Below the pieces are notes generated by a model. The model was given only the letters and a program-made list of their open reading frames with translations, ran no database searches and was not told where the DNA came from. A DNA stretch of 63,602 nucleotides, filler included, from Rhabdomonas costata (taxonomy: Eukaryota): assembly GCA_019059605.1 (NCBI GenBank). It is 31 parts of 31 records of this genome, joined end to end, with 100 filler letters (N's around TTAATTAATTAA, not from the genome) between each part and the next. Parts side by side here need not be neighbours in the genome. Positions count along the whole stretch, not along the records: positions 1 to 1,958 come from JAHMHO010006993.1; positions 2,059 to 4,008 come from JAHMHO010006994.1; positions 4,109 to 6,066 come from JAHMHO010006995.1; positions 6,167 to 8,125 come from JAHMHO010006996.1; positions 8,226 to 10,185 come from JAHMHO010006997.1; positions 10,286 to 12,242 come from JAHMHO010006998.1; positions 12,343 to 14,301 come from JAHMHO010006999.1; 24 more parts are not named here. The stretch is one strand, 5' to 3'. Below are positions 1-12,379 of the stretch, piece by piece. A program made the translations under genes and the position numbers. The stretch's first letter is position 1; each line of letters opens with the position of its first letter.

Positions 1-549
1 GTTGGTTTGTCACACAATTTCAGACCAAACGGTACTTAGTCTTTCACACAGCGCTAAGAACGCTCAGTGATGGAATCAACGTAAAATAAAAGATCTGGGC
101 GGTCTTGCGCTCTGGCATGTGATGGAATACAGGCTAGTGGTTCACACTGAGCTAGGTGTGGAGGGGGTACCCTGGTTCAGATACTGTCAGGCACCGAAGT
201 CGGCTCGAATCCATGTCACGGTCTAAAGCGCTGGTCCCCATTTGGCGTTATGATGAAGGCAACTCTGGACAAACCCCCAAAATGTCTTCCCCTATGGAAC
301 AGCGGGCCAGCAGGTTCCTGGTTGGGACACAAGTTGCCAGTTTCTCGAGCAGTCGCGAGATGATGACTGAGAAAGGTCTATCTCTTTCTCCCTGATCCAC
401 ACGCACAGTCTCTCTCAATCATAGCGCAACGAACAGCGGGAACTGCGTGGTCCCTGTTTTTCACAGTAGTGCATCTCGTGACCCAAACTAAGTGTGGTGA
501 ATTGCAGGGCTCAGCAGATTCATCGGGAACACAAAGGGATTGGTGCATG

Positions 550-736
550 CAAGAAGACCTTCCACGACGATCTTCTTGGAGCTGCGGTAGTTCTCGGCCT
601 CCATGGGGCTCAGCGAGGCCACGGCGGGGTGCTCGTTGTAGCAATCCCGCCTCACGGCGGGCGCGGAGTAGCTGCACAGCGTGGCCATCTGAGAGGAGTA
701 GCTGCTGGACGACGAGGCCTCCATTGAAGAATCCAT
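550..736 (-). CDS. N-terminal exon of a DDX5/DDX17/Dbp2-like DEAD-box helicase (fragment)
   Basis: RRDCYNEHPAVASLSPMEAENYRSSKKIVVEG resembles the DDX5 pre-Q-motif segment KNFYxEHPxxxxxxxxEVExYRxSKEITVxG. The 3' end is approximate and no clean downstream exon was found. Confidence 0.55.
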
Positions 737-1478
737 TTTGCTTTCAAAGCCACACTAACACACGCACACCCGCCTGCGTTTCCTGGGAAAACAATAAGAC
801 GAAGGGAAAGGGGTGAACTATGGGGGCAGGTCTGAAGTGTTCCACATCTGCGCGTAATTATGGAGGACGTCCATTTCATCACCCGATGATAGCGCTCTGC
901 GTACTGCAGCAGTGGACAATGTACACAGCTGGAGGGCGGCTAAGGCGGAATGAGCACGCACCAAGTTGCCCACAGTGGAGGGGGTCGCAGCGATTCATAC
1001 TCTCAATCTCTCTCGGGATGGCCAAAATGGAGCAGTAATGGAGGAGCACATGCCAGCCCGTTCTCAAAGCCACTTATGTGAAGGAAGCAGAGATTGCAGG
1101 CGAGTGCAGCGGTAACATGACGGCCGAATCAATCACCACTCCTTGCAGCAAAGATGGCAACAACTTTGGTGGCGGATCGGAACCTATTGCCTGTACCCGA
1201 GTACCAGAAACGAATCCTTTCGTTTCGGCAATTGTGTCGTCTGCCGGCATATCGGTCAGAACCTGCTGAGAATCTGAGAACCTGAGAACCCCCAGAGAGT
1301 TTTTCCATCCAGACAAACAGCCAACCTCTCGAAATCCAAAGAACACAAACTGCAATAGAGCTGTCCGCGCAGCGTGAAGAATCGTGATCGGCGCACAACA
1401 CACATGGTGGTGCGCACTATGGGGGGAATGGGGTCGGCGGGAAAAAAGGCATGGCTCCCCACAGCGTGGGGAATTCCC

Positions 1479-1598
1479 CTACAGGGAAAGGCCCTCCAGC
1501 TTGCCCTCCACAGCGGCGCGAAGGTTCTTGGTGAGATGCTGGATGCGATAGTCCCGGCGTGCCACGGTGGCCTTCAACTTTTGCACTTCCTCACGGGC
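1479..1598 (-). CDS. Terminal exon of a small coiled-coil protein
   Basis: Acceptor attattag, then AREEVQKLKATVARRDYRIQHLTKNLRAAVEGKLEGLSL*. The YRIxHL motif resembles the RARS1-type N-terminal leucine zipper. Confidence 0.5.
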   Translation of the reverse strand, partial: AREEVQKLKATVARRDYRIQHLTKNLRAAVEGKLEGLSL

Positions 1599-1958
1599 CT
1601 AATAATGAAGCCGAAAGGCCCACCACATCAACACACGCACTATCAGTCGCGCATTGCTGAAAAATAACGCAATGGCGGGCAAAGGAAGTCGGTGCCCTGG
1701 CAGAAGGTTGTCAGAACACACAAACTGAAATTGAGCTGCTTTTCCGACGTGCTTTGAGCTCGACCAGGGAACAGAAAAGGTACTGTGTGTATGTCTGAGC
1801 GCGCTTGTTCCCTGACGCGCTGTGGTTGCAAAGCAAAAAGACTCAACGTACTCAGTCGTATCCTGCTGTTCTCATAATTCTGACACTCACGCTCCGACAT
1901 TGCACCCATGATGCGTTTCCACCATGCGGGGGAACAACCCAAAAGGTTGCTCTGGCAC

Positions 1959-2058
1959 NNNNNNNNNNNNNNNNNNNNNNNNNNNNNNNNNNNNNNNNNN
2001 NNTTAATTAATTAANNNNNNNNNNNNNNNNNNNNNNNNNNNNNNNNNNNNNNNNNNNN
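1959..2058. other. Artificial contig spacer (44 N + TTAATTAATTAA + 44 N); first of 30 identical spacers
   Basis: The same 100-nt block recurs about every 2.05 kb. The linker puts stops in all six frames. Contig lengths are nearly identical, consistent with a size-sorted assembly. Confidence 0.99.
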
Positions 2059-2420
2059 GTGTGGTGGGGTTTGGTGTTACGGTTGGTGCGAAGGGTATGT
2101 TGGTTGCGTAGGGTGTGTTGGTGGTTGCGTTGGTGGTAGCGTTGGTTGTAGCGTGTCGTGGAGTCGTAGTCGTTGGTGCTGATGCTGTAGGGGTTCGTGG
2201 TGTGGTTGGAGCTGGTGCGTTGGAGGTTGGTACGTTGGAGGTTGGTGCTGCTGCTGTGTGTTCTTCGCTCTCTGTCTCAGGGTCTGTCTCAGGGTCTGTC
2301 TCAACCATGCTCTCAGGGTTCGTGTCAACCATGCTCTCTTGCTTCGTAACCATGCTCTCTGTAACCATGCTCACTCTGTCTCTGTTCCTGCTGTTGTGTT
2401 GGTTGGTTGGTGCGTAGGGT
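2059..2420 (+). repeat. G/T-skewed low-complexity tract with short tandem units
   Basis: Repeated TCTGTCTCAGGG and AACCATGCTCTC units, directly upstream of the RT region. Confidence 0.7.
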
Positions 2421-4008
2421 GTGAGATGCGCAATGAAAGGGTCCACCGTTGGAAGGATATTCTTCCTACCCTCTGGGCTACCCAGAGCGCGCGCGTGTTC
2501 TCGTGGCTGAAGGCGGACACGCCGTCCTGGGGCTCTTCTCCTATTTTACAATGCTCGGGCATGCAGTGCACCACTCTCGAGGAGGTCGATATCCAGGTCC
2601 AGGACTTTTGGGTTAAAAAGATCTGGAACCTGCACGCCTCGGTGGATTCCGCGCAGCGATGGGCAGCTTTTCAGTCCTCGCCCTTCTTCGCACACATTCC
2701 GATGGACTGCAACGCTTGTGAGTCGGAGCGTGTGCGGACTGTCCTCCGGAGTATGCGGGAGGGCTCCTCTCCAGGGGCCCGAGGCTTCCCCATTTCTCTC
2801 TGGAGGGCCCTTCCGGACTCCTTCCTCAAGCGGGTAGCTGACCTCTTTACCTTGGTGGAGGTGGATGCGTTGTGGCCTAAGGAGCTCCTGACGGCATACT
2901 TCACGATGATCCCGAAGGCCTCGGGCGGTAGTCGCCCTCAGGACAAACGGCCGATCACAGGGCATGGTCATCACATGGGCCCCTGCCCTCCAGAGCTGTT
3001 ACCTCGGGTCCACGGTGATGGGGTTTCGGGCGCAGGCAGGCACCCTTCACCTCGTCCAACTGCTGGCCGACTTGATCGAGCTTCAGAAGCGGCGTCGGCA
3101 GCCCTTATGGCTGGTGTCGTTCGACGTGGAAAAATGCTTCCCGTCGCTGCCGTGGTGGGCCATTTTTGGCGTGCTGGAGCGGGCCGGAGCTCCTCCTCAT
3201 TTGGTGAACTGTTTCCGCAGTTTCTACAGCCACCTCCGCCAACGATTTCGCTACGGCCAGGTGGATGGTGCCGAGTGGAGTGCGGCCAACGGCCTTGCGC
3301 AAGGCTGCCCTGCGAGTCCCGACTTGATGAACATCTTGTTCGAGCCCTTCCACCGCTGGGCCGCTGTGTCGGAGTTCCTATCCTAGACGAGTTCATCGCC
3401 TCGGGCAGCTTCGCCGATGACGTGGCGCTGGTGGCCACCTCCCTTGCAGAGGTGCTGCTTCTGGTGAACGGGTACCAGGCCTGGTGCGACCTTACCCTCC
3501 ACGTGGAAAAGACAAAGCTGTGGTCGCTCCAAGGTCGCCCTGGCGATCATATTGAACTATCTTTGGCCAAGGGCCCTCTCACCTTGGAGCTTCAGCCTAC
3601 GTTCCGCATTGTGGGAGTTGAGCTGGGATCTCAGGAACGTGTCGCCACTACGGCTCACTTCGCTCCGCGTCTTGCAAAAGCTCTTCTGGGAGGCCGGCGG
3701 CTCGCTGCTCTGGAGGTACCCGCAGCAGTTGCTGCCCAGCTGTGGCGTACGGCCATTCTTCCCACGGCATTGTATGGCAGTGAGGTTCGGCGGGTTACCC
3801 CTTCTCAGCTTTGGCCCCTGGCTTTACAAGGCCGCAAGGTGGTGCCGGCGAAGCTCCCGCTCTCCATTTCTCAATACGGAGCCATTGGGAGCCTGCGCCT
3901 TCCGTGACCCCCGCCTGGATGTGCTGGCCCGTCGTCTACGGTGGCTCATTACGCTAGCCAATCTGCCCAGCTTGGTCGGGACGGTACACCGCTTTCTGGC
4001 CACCTCCT
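2420..4008 (+). mobile_element. Non-LTR (LINE-type) retrotransposon reverse transcriptase, frameshifted
   Basis: RT motifs in order across two frames: SSPGARG, IPKASG..RPI, GFR, SFDVEKCF, GLAQGCPASP, FADD. Frame changes near 2960, 3380 and 3890. No introns. Confidence 0.9.
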
Positions 4009-4589
4009 NNNNNNNNNNNNNNNNNNNNNNNNNNNNNNNNNNNNNNNNNNNNTTAATTAATTAANNNNNNNNNNNNNNNNNNNNNNNNNNNNNNNNNNNN
4101 NNNNNNNNGTGGTTGGTTTAACTTTCTGTCTCAATTAGACCCTCTTTCAATGTGACTGTTGTTTTTGATATTGCGACCTTTCGTGCCCTTTTTCCTCGGC
4201 ACTGTGCGTGTGCTCCCTTTAATCAAATTGTTGGACGCCACATTGATTTGGTGGCGTTCTGACCTTAATTCAGCACATGCGTACAAAACGAGACGTGCGG
4301 TGGCGCATCTATCGGACGAAGCACTAAACAGTACCCTCCTCTGCTTTCTCTTGGGGGCGAGAGGTGAGGGAATGCTGAAGACTGGGCTTAAGAGGTCGGG
4401 TAAAATGATAATGTACTCTAATATGATGCGAAAGAGAGAGGATCTTCCTTGATCCGTATTCACAGAGGCTGTATTGAGTAGCACGGGATGTACCTCTCTG
4501 GTGAACCCCTGCAAATTAGTTCAGCTGCGAAATCACCAGCGGTGTGCAAAAGGCGTTTGAAATTCATAAACACGGAGCAAAACGATAGG

Positions 4590-5565
4590 TGCAGGGCACC
4601 ATATTTGGCCGAGAAGTACGCGGCGGCGTAGATCCCGACCCGCTCTGGGGCCCGCAAGAGGACAGTTCCAAGGCTGAGGTCCGGCCGGGCGTTCAGCGCG
4701 TCCGCCACCTCCACACAGCTGTAGATCCGCGCCCCGGACTCGTAGTCCACCACCACAATCAGATCTATAGAGCCCAGCATCACTTCAGTCCGCTCGGGTA
4801 CGGGGAAGAGAACGGAGGACGTGGAGGATACCATACTTATTTCATCCTCGAAAAGTACTGCTGAATTTAAGATGGGCAAAAATGAATCCACAGCGTGTGG
4901 CAAAACTCTGCGATCATTTTCTGATTCTCTCTGTGTTGTGACCTTTCTATGTGTTCGTCGCCTAACGTAGAACGTTTCGGTTTTGTGGTCGATTTTTTTT
5001 GGGAACAGTTACCAGTGGCAATCATTACCAGTGGTAACCGTTTCCAGTGGTTACAGAAATCTGGCTCAAAAAATTTTTTCTTTATGTATTGCAAAGTGAA
5101 AAGGTCACAGTGCTTGCCAAATTACAAGCAACACAGAAGTTTTGGCAGATGTTGCGGGTCGGAGGATCAGGATTGAGTGAAACAAACTGCCCAAGGGATG
5201 CATGAGTTCGCTTGTCGCCCAGGGGCCATAATAGCTTAACATAAACCAATCAAACTGAGTCACAACTTTCCCCTCAAACGCATGTAACTTCATTGCAATG
5301 AAACAGCAGAGGCAGTGTTGGGCAGCAATTCGATTATGCCCAGACACAACAAGGAGGCAAAGAGCGGTTGAACCGAAAGCAGATGCACACCAGAGGGGTC
5401 AGGCATGCCATCGGTGAGGTGAAAGCTCACCATCACTATGCTTCCCACAACGGCCGCAGGAGTGGGGATCAATCTGCCCGAGCTGAACTCCGTGCCCAGC
5501 TTGAAGAACTCCGTCAGGTCGGGGTTGCGGGTGGGGTTTCCAACGAGAGGTGGTGGTGCCAGAGC
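4590..5565 (-). CDS. Two exons of an unidentified protein, possibly rhodanese-like
   Basis: Exons 5565-5391 and 4860-~4590 join in phase through a GT(GTGTGC)-AG intron. LIVVVDYES...FSAKYG is a weak rhodanese-like pattern. Confidence 0.4.
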
Positions 5566-6539
5566 CTGGGACTATCCCCCACCCACCCAACTATAACAGA
5601 GCTCACATATATCATAGATGCGCATCACAATGCCCACCACAACGGCGAACATCACCACACATCGATACACAAAGAAATACAACAAAAAGCTGCACAATGG
5701 ACATTCGGATAGGATGCAAACAAGCGACTTTGGCTTGGAGAGTTCAGATGGGTTCAGAAATGGCATCGATTTAGTTATTTTTCGTGTGTATGGCAGGGCA
5801 ATTGCGCGCGTAACTACCCCTCAGGTGGTTCAGGTGGTGGTATGGGTTGCTGCGCACGGTCATCAGCAAAGGCAAGCCAACGAAACTGACAACTAGGCGC
5901 GAAGTTCTATTGCTAGAGTTGATCTTTGTTCTTTGTGGAGCTTTTGGTGCTTTCTAGTGCAGTATAGACAAGTGTATTGATTATACCGGAAGAGACGCAA
6001 AGAGAAGCAAGCCGAAGCGCCCTTAAATGAGAATAATTCTGCGGAGCACAAAATAGGATGTCATACNNNNNNNNNNNNNNNNNNNNNNNNNNNNNNNNNN
6101 NNNNNNNNNNTTAATTAATTAANNNNNNNNNNNNNNNNNNNNNNNNNNNNNNNNNNNNNNNNNNNNTGTGGGTTGGGTGCGTTTCGTCAGGCTTCCTTCC
6201 CAACCCCCCGCGGGGGCAAAGGTGTGAGGTCGCTCGGAGTCCCGATGCATCGACGCGCGACCGCTTTCACTCCCGGAGCCCTTTTAAAAGCACGAGCCGC
6301 AGGTTTCCAAAGCCGGCGGCACCAGGATTCCTAACCTAAGTCAACTCCAGCCACTACTAGCGTAGGAAAAACAGGGATTGAGTTACGCGCTACGTTGCAT
6401 AGCCTCACCGTGATACCTGTATCCTCGCGTGGTTCGTGTTGCCTCGATCAGTGACACAATGTCAGACCAGGCGTTGAACTTCAGTGTGACATCCGCGAAA
6501 TCGAGACATGAACCCAACCTCCGGAGATGGAAAGCAAAG

Positions 6540-7160
6540 ACCGACGCAACTCTCATTCACTCAACTCTCCAGCTCCAACTCAACCCTCCTTCTTATTCTC
6601 ACCATACGACCCAGAATCCGCACCATGACCTTCCACGCAACCTTAAACATCCAACAACGCAAAATCACCGTCACTCACACGCACACGCAACAACCACCCC
6701 ACCGTCCATCACCGCAAAGTCCACAGAAACCGTGAACACTCACCTTCACCATCACAAAACCACGAACACAAAAACACACGACGACAGAAACGCGAACCCA
6801 CAGACATTCACCCTTCACCATCCACCTTCCAACGTGACACCGTAACCACCCATTCTCGATCCTCCACACGAAACCATCCACCCTCCACAAAATCCACGCA
6901 AACACGAAACCCTACACCTTCCACACGCAAATCCGTCACACCCTCCCCAACTCCCACACATTCGAACTTCTACCATCCACAAACACAAACCACCGAGGCA
7001 ACTCTGACCCTCAGACCCAACGCACATACAGTGACCCTCCGACACCTCAACGTGACCATGACCACAACATCCCAACGTGACCCCAACGTGACACCATCCA
7101 TCACACACGCACCATCCATCATCCACAACCTCAAAAGTACACATTTTCACTCAACAACGC
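6540..7160 (+). repeat. C/A-skewed low-complexity tract with recurring AACGTGAC units
   Basis: Very low G and T on the + strand. AACGTGAC occurs four times between about 6830 and 7095. Confidence 0.6.
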
Positions 7161-8680
7161 ACCCTTTGATATTCACATAAACAATCATGAACCTAACAGT
7201 TTTACTTTGCACTTACTCTCTTTATGCATAAGACAATAAAATTCATCAAAAACCGCTTTGTTTTGTGAAATATCCCACTCAAGATCCATTCAAAAAATGA
7301 GAGAGGAGAGAAAACGCGTAAGAAATGACCCCTTTTTGATGTTTTTCTATAACAAATGCTTCCAAGTGCCAAGTGTGACAAGTGTGTGAATTAGGTTGTA
7401 GAATAGAAATCATAAAAAGTGTATAAAAACGCAAAAAAAATACACCCGCAAAAGAGGGTGAAAAAGATGAGAGATGCAGAAGTGGTATTATCAAGACGTC
7501 TCACATGCATGTAATTGTCTTTAAGGTGTTTGTGGCCCCTTTGTTTTTGCTGCTCGTATGCTACGCAACGCTGTGCATATTTCCTAGATGTGATGATTCA
7601 TGTGCTCAACCGACATAAGCCGCGTACGAACATTCACCTACCCCCCACACTCTGCAGCGGTCGTTGGGGTGGTAATCATGAAAGATGAGTGGTGAGGGTC
7701 ACCCAAGATGTCCTTGATGGTCGCATAATCGCAACGCTCGTATGCTCCCTAAATGAAGTGGTTAGTGCATTACACCACCATAAGGTGTCTACATGCACTC
7801 ACTCTCTAAGGTCTTCACTCACTATGTTAGTTGTAGAAATGCCTTTAAGAGAGAAAAAGATGTTTATTTCTGGTCGCATACTCGCATACGCTCGTATACT
7901 CCCTACATTTGATGGTTCATTCGCTCCACTGCTACGCGGTTACAATATCAAAGATCAAATCACAGCAAAGGAGCCCATGTAGTAGATGAACCAGAAGGCA
8001 AATCCACCGCAACCAGAACCCGGACACCAAACGCATGAATCATTGAAGCAGCTCCGAACACAGCACCCACCTAACCACAACATCCAACCGACCATAGTTC
8101 ACAACAACAAAAATGAATCCAAGTCNNNNNNNNNNNNNNNNNNNNNNNNNNNNNNNNNNNNNNNNNNNNTTAATTAATTAANNNNNNNNNNNNNNNNNNN
8201 NNNNNNNNNNNNNNNNNNNNNNNNNGGTTGTGTGGCCGCGGGCAAGGGCGAGGCGGGACGGACTCAAAAGGATGGCAGCGGCAGCATCGTCCACGGGGAA
8301 GCCATTGATCGATGGGAAGGAATCAGCAGTTGTGAGCCCGACACTCGGGTGCAATCCAAACGGCCCTGCAGAAGACTTCAGCGGAAATTACCTGACTTCA
8401 CGAAGGACCGGCTCCGGCGAAAATGACAACGCGGCCATTCTGTGGAGGGAACGACTCGGGTTCAAAATTTCCGTTGGAAATGGACTCGACGAACGGTCGG
8501 TAATCGATGCAGTCCAGGACAGCGGTGCTTGACGTGGGGGTCGAGTGCTTTGTGTCTGTTGGATTGGTAGAAAAATGCACAGCCCGTGCAGCCGTTGAAG
8601 GAAAATGTTTTTGTTTGAAAGCGAAAGACGCACGGAAAAGGTGAATGGTTTGACTTCTCTCTGTGCCTTTGTGTCTGCAG

Positions 8681-9744
8681 GAAACAAGTACGAGGATGCC
8701 AAGCCGCTCTTTCTTCAAGCTGCGAATCAGTTCAAGGGAGCGAGCCTATGGGAGGAGGCCGGGAGGGCTTTCATTCGTGCGTCGGAGTGCTGTGCAAAAC
8801 TAAAGCATGCTTTTTTATGCTCCATTGCGGTTCCGACCATATCCTTTCAGGCTTTTTGTTTTTTCGGAAACAGCGTTTTCTTTTCGTTCTTTGCCATCTC
8901 AGGGAACCTCTGGATACCGCAAACAATCTCGCTGAGGCCGCAGCCATGTACAAGAAAGTCAATCCCTTGAAAGCAGCGGGCTTCCTTCAAGAAGGTGGCG
9001 CGAACATGTCTCGTTTGGGTAAAACCGTCCGTTTGTTGCGTGATGATGAGATTTGGTTTTAGATTTTCAGCACATTCAGTATTGCACAATTGGGACGCTG
9101 TGAGGGGCTCCTTGGCTGGGTTAAGGTATTTGAGGAATAGAGCGTTGTCCACCATGTTTTTTTTCTTCATTGCGTTTTCGTTGTGTTTCTTCCGGATGCC
9201 GTTCATGGTGGTGATGGTGATGCTCATGGACCCACCCCTCGGAGGGCGGGTAGAGCAGATCCACACCTATGTCAGAACAGGCGCGAACACATGGGGCTTG
9301 ACGCCCGGAGGAGCACGACGACCAGCACCGGCACGAGCACGAGCACCATGACCCACCTCGTGGTTGTGGATGTCGTCATGGATGGGTGCTGGCTGATGGT
9401 TTCGTTGTTCTTGCTCTACTTCAGAAAAGCAAGCATAATTGAAGCACTCCTCTGTAAAGGGGATTTGAAGTAACTGTTTGTCAACTTGTTTGAGACTTTG
9501 AGTTGAGGAAGTCTCCTAGAACAGTTTCATTTCGTTTTTTAATTCGCTGTCTTCTTTGCTGCCAGCTTTGGACACCTTCGACAAGTCGGGCCGTTTCAGC
9601 AAAAGCGCAAAACTCTCCTGCGACCTGGCAGAAACGTTTGAGAAGGACGGAAATCTGGACAGTGCCATGGAGTGGTACTTGAAGGCATCCGACTACTATC
9701 GTTCGGAGGGCTCCACCTCTACTAGCAACGGCTGCAGATTGAAG
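8681..9744 (+). CDS. SEC17: Alpha-soluble NSF attachment protein (alpha-SNAP/Sec17), internal exons
   Basis: Exons 8681-8804, 8903-8994 and 9566-9744 splice in frame: NKYEDA..F.QAANQFK...WEEAGRAF...ANNLAEAAAMYKKVNP...GRFSKSAK...AMEWYLKASDYY...NGCRLK. Intron 1 is GC-AG. Confidence 0.93.
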
Positions 9745-10067
9745 GTTTGAGCTGGCCAAACGCACCCACGGACTCCATAGGAGGCTGAGACATAAATGCA
9801 CACCACCTTCTTTCTCATGAGGCGCATTAAAATGCCCCACTTTGCAATGGGTGACGGGGCCAGTGTATGTATGTATGTATTGGGCTTGATTTGTTAGCAG
9901 CCCCCCCCCGGTCCGCTGCGCTCCCCGGCCAAAGACTTCCGTACAAGCAACACTTAACTCGACCCAACAGTTCACAGCATCGCCAAAAATGTCTATAGAA
10001 ATATACAACACCGCTGTATAAAGTTTATAGCATGGCTATTTTTACAGCGTTACTTCATACAGCGTTT

Positions 10068-10120
10068 GGTCCGTTTTGTAGCAACGCTATATATATATAG
10101 CGTTGCTACCAAACGGGGCC
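10068..10120. repeat. Palindrome/hairpin
   Basis: GTAGCAACGCTATATATATATAGCGTTGCTAC (10078-10109) is a perfect palindrome, with imperfect flanking arms. Confidence 0.85.
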
Positions 10121-11270
10121 ATTTAACAAACTTTTTTGTGGGGGCTTTTTTTTTGAAAGCTCACTTTGGGTCGTCGCTCCCCCCANNNNNNNNNNNNNNN
10201 NNNNNNNNNNNNNNNNNNNNNNNNNNNNNTTAATTAATTAANNNNNNNNNNNNNNNNNNNNNNNNNNNNNNNNNNNNNNNNNNNNGGGGTTGTTGTGTTC
10301 TTGCCCCCCTGTCAGGATCTCCTGTACAGCCACACCACTCGGGTTCGGCGGCAGCTGGGCCTCCCTCGAGGCCCCCATGCTCACGCGTAGACGCAGTCCT
10401 CAGCAACGTTACCAGCAGTACGGTTGAGCCGCCTTCTCCGGGGCATGGAGTGAGGAGGGTTCACCTACGGGATACCGTCGCTACTCCTTAGGCCCGTCCT
10501 CCGCGTGAGGTGTGATAAACACTTGAACACTCGCCCGAAACACTATGCCCTGAATCGGCACGTGGTGTGGAAGGCGTTGAACACTCGGCAAGCGTTGCAG
10601 ATACTGTCGGTGCGCGCATTTGAAAATACTGAGCTGGGCCATTCCTGCTGAGGACCCCGCTGGTAAGCGACCACGAAGAAGTGCTGTACTGTTGTTCCAG
10701 ATTGAATTGGGGTGGTCTTGGTGTGGAAATGTGTGTGTGTGGGTGCCCTGTGAACGATGTGACAATGGAATGGTGGGATTGGTCTTTGGATTTCAGCTGG
10801 AGGTGGGTTTGCCAGAAAGTAAGAGGGGGGGGGGAAGACCATTGTGGGTGAGTTTATTGGGAGGGCGGCATGCATAATGGCCACACCAGACCGGACCAGG
10901 AAGTCGACCTCCCGTTGTTCCTTCAGAACAATCACTGCGAAAACGCGTGACGAGTTGTACTGCACCTACCCACACTGCAAACATATGATTATATGTTTGC
11001 TCCTTTTTTAGCTCCGTGTCCACATGTCCACGCCGAGGTATGACCACCCTGAAGGTACCTGTATTTTAGGATCTTTTGGACTTCCAGAGTTTCGGGGTGC
11101 ATTTTTCATGCTTGCTGGCCTGCAAACTGAGCGCTTTGCTGCTTAGCATACCTAAGAGTAGAGCCCACTTCACGCTGGCACTGGAATAGGCCGAAACCAG
11201 TTTTGGCTCCTTCTTCAGCGTCGGTGCGTGTTGTTGAGCCTTCCCCTCCCCGGGGCTCGCTCACCCAAAA

Positions 11271-11780
11271 ATGCTGCTTGCCCACCTTCCACCATGGCTG
11301 TGCCTATACCGCCATTGTGGCTTCCCTGTTCGGCTTGCGGCCGCCGCGCTGCTCCTTGTGCTGGCCTCTGCCTACGCCTTCCATGTCATCCGACCCGCCG
11401 CCCTCTCCTCGTCTCCCCGCGGGCGTTGGGGACCAGCTCGCGCATTGCTTCTGGCCCTTCCCGTGCTCGTGCCTGCCGTCCTGGCGCCCCCGCTGGTGTT
11501 CAGCCGTTCCACCGAGGTGCACGCCCTGCTGGTGGTGAGCTTCCTGGCCTCTTGGCTGATGACCCAGAAGCTCTGCGGGCTGTGCTGGGGGGTGGGCCCG
11601 CTGGCCCAGTGTCAGGGTCTGCTGAGCTTCACGATCGTCGCGATCTTCCCGGTGGTCCCCGCGGCACCCCGCCACCCCGTCTGCCCGGCTTCCGTCTTCT
11701 TTGCCAGAGCCGCGGGGAAGTTCGGGTTGTTCTTTGGGCTGGTCTACCTCTCCTCTGCACCCCTGCGCTCGGGGGGGGTT
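11271..11780 (+). CDS. MBOAT-family wax ester synthase / long-chain-alcohol O-acyltransferase-like protein, N-terminal part
   Basis: Hydrophobic ORF AYAF...GPARALLLALPVL...PLVFS...SFLASWLMTQKL.GL..G.GPL....LLSF..AIFPV fits the plant/algal wax synthase N-terminal pattern (RLLxxLP...FFxxWLxxFKL...GPL...F...LPI). The catalytic region is not seen, and the exon end is approximate. Confidence 0.65.
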
Positions 11781-12379
11781 TGCGGTCGCAGGTGCGGAGG
11801 GATCCGTACTTCCAGAGTCGCTCTCCCTGGTGATTATTCTATTCCATTCAATGTCCGAGACAACCATACCAGGCTTAGTACCTAGTAGTTGGTATTATGC
11901 ATAGGTCCAGTGTAACCGCGTTCTTTCTATTTGATGTCTCAGTCTGCCAGTATTGATTCTGGGTATCTCAGGCAGTTCTGAGTGGACGGCTCAAAGTCAG
12001 CCATGCATTTTGCCTTCACTTCCCCACAAAAACCTAGCCATGGAATGAACTGATCTCCTCTTTGTGTGGCACCTTATGGCAACGAAGCTGGTACATCAGT
12101 ACTTCCTACTTGAACTTGGGGCCACCGCCCCACCCACCTCGTAACTGATGGATAGCTATCGGTTGTTGTTGCTGCCGGTTCCTTCGCACCGCTCCGGGAA
12201 GTCCTCTTTGTGTGTCTTTGCCGCCCCCGCCAGACAATTGTTNNNNNNNNNNNNNNNNNNNNNNNNNNNNNNNNNNNNNNNNNNNNTTAATTAATTAANN
12301 NNNNNNNNNNNNNNNNNNNNNNNNNNNNNNNNNNNNNNNNNNGGGGTGGAGGACACGGAGCGGACGAAGAAGCGCATGG

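Noticed and set aside
2003-2014. Regularly spaced TTAATTAATTAA as a CRISPR-like or biological repeat
   Set aside because: It always sits inside N padding and is a six-frame stop linker added when contigs were concatenated.
2003-2446. Thr/Pro-rich mucin-like ORF
   Set aside because: It results from a strand-skewed low-complexity tract and runs into Ns.
9195-9400. His-rich or repetitive nested ORF within alpha-SNAP intron 2
   Set aside because: It is short, made of GGT/GAT and GCACGA microrepeats, and has no coherent frame or splice support.
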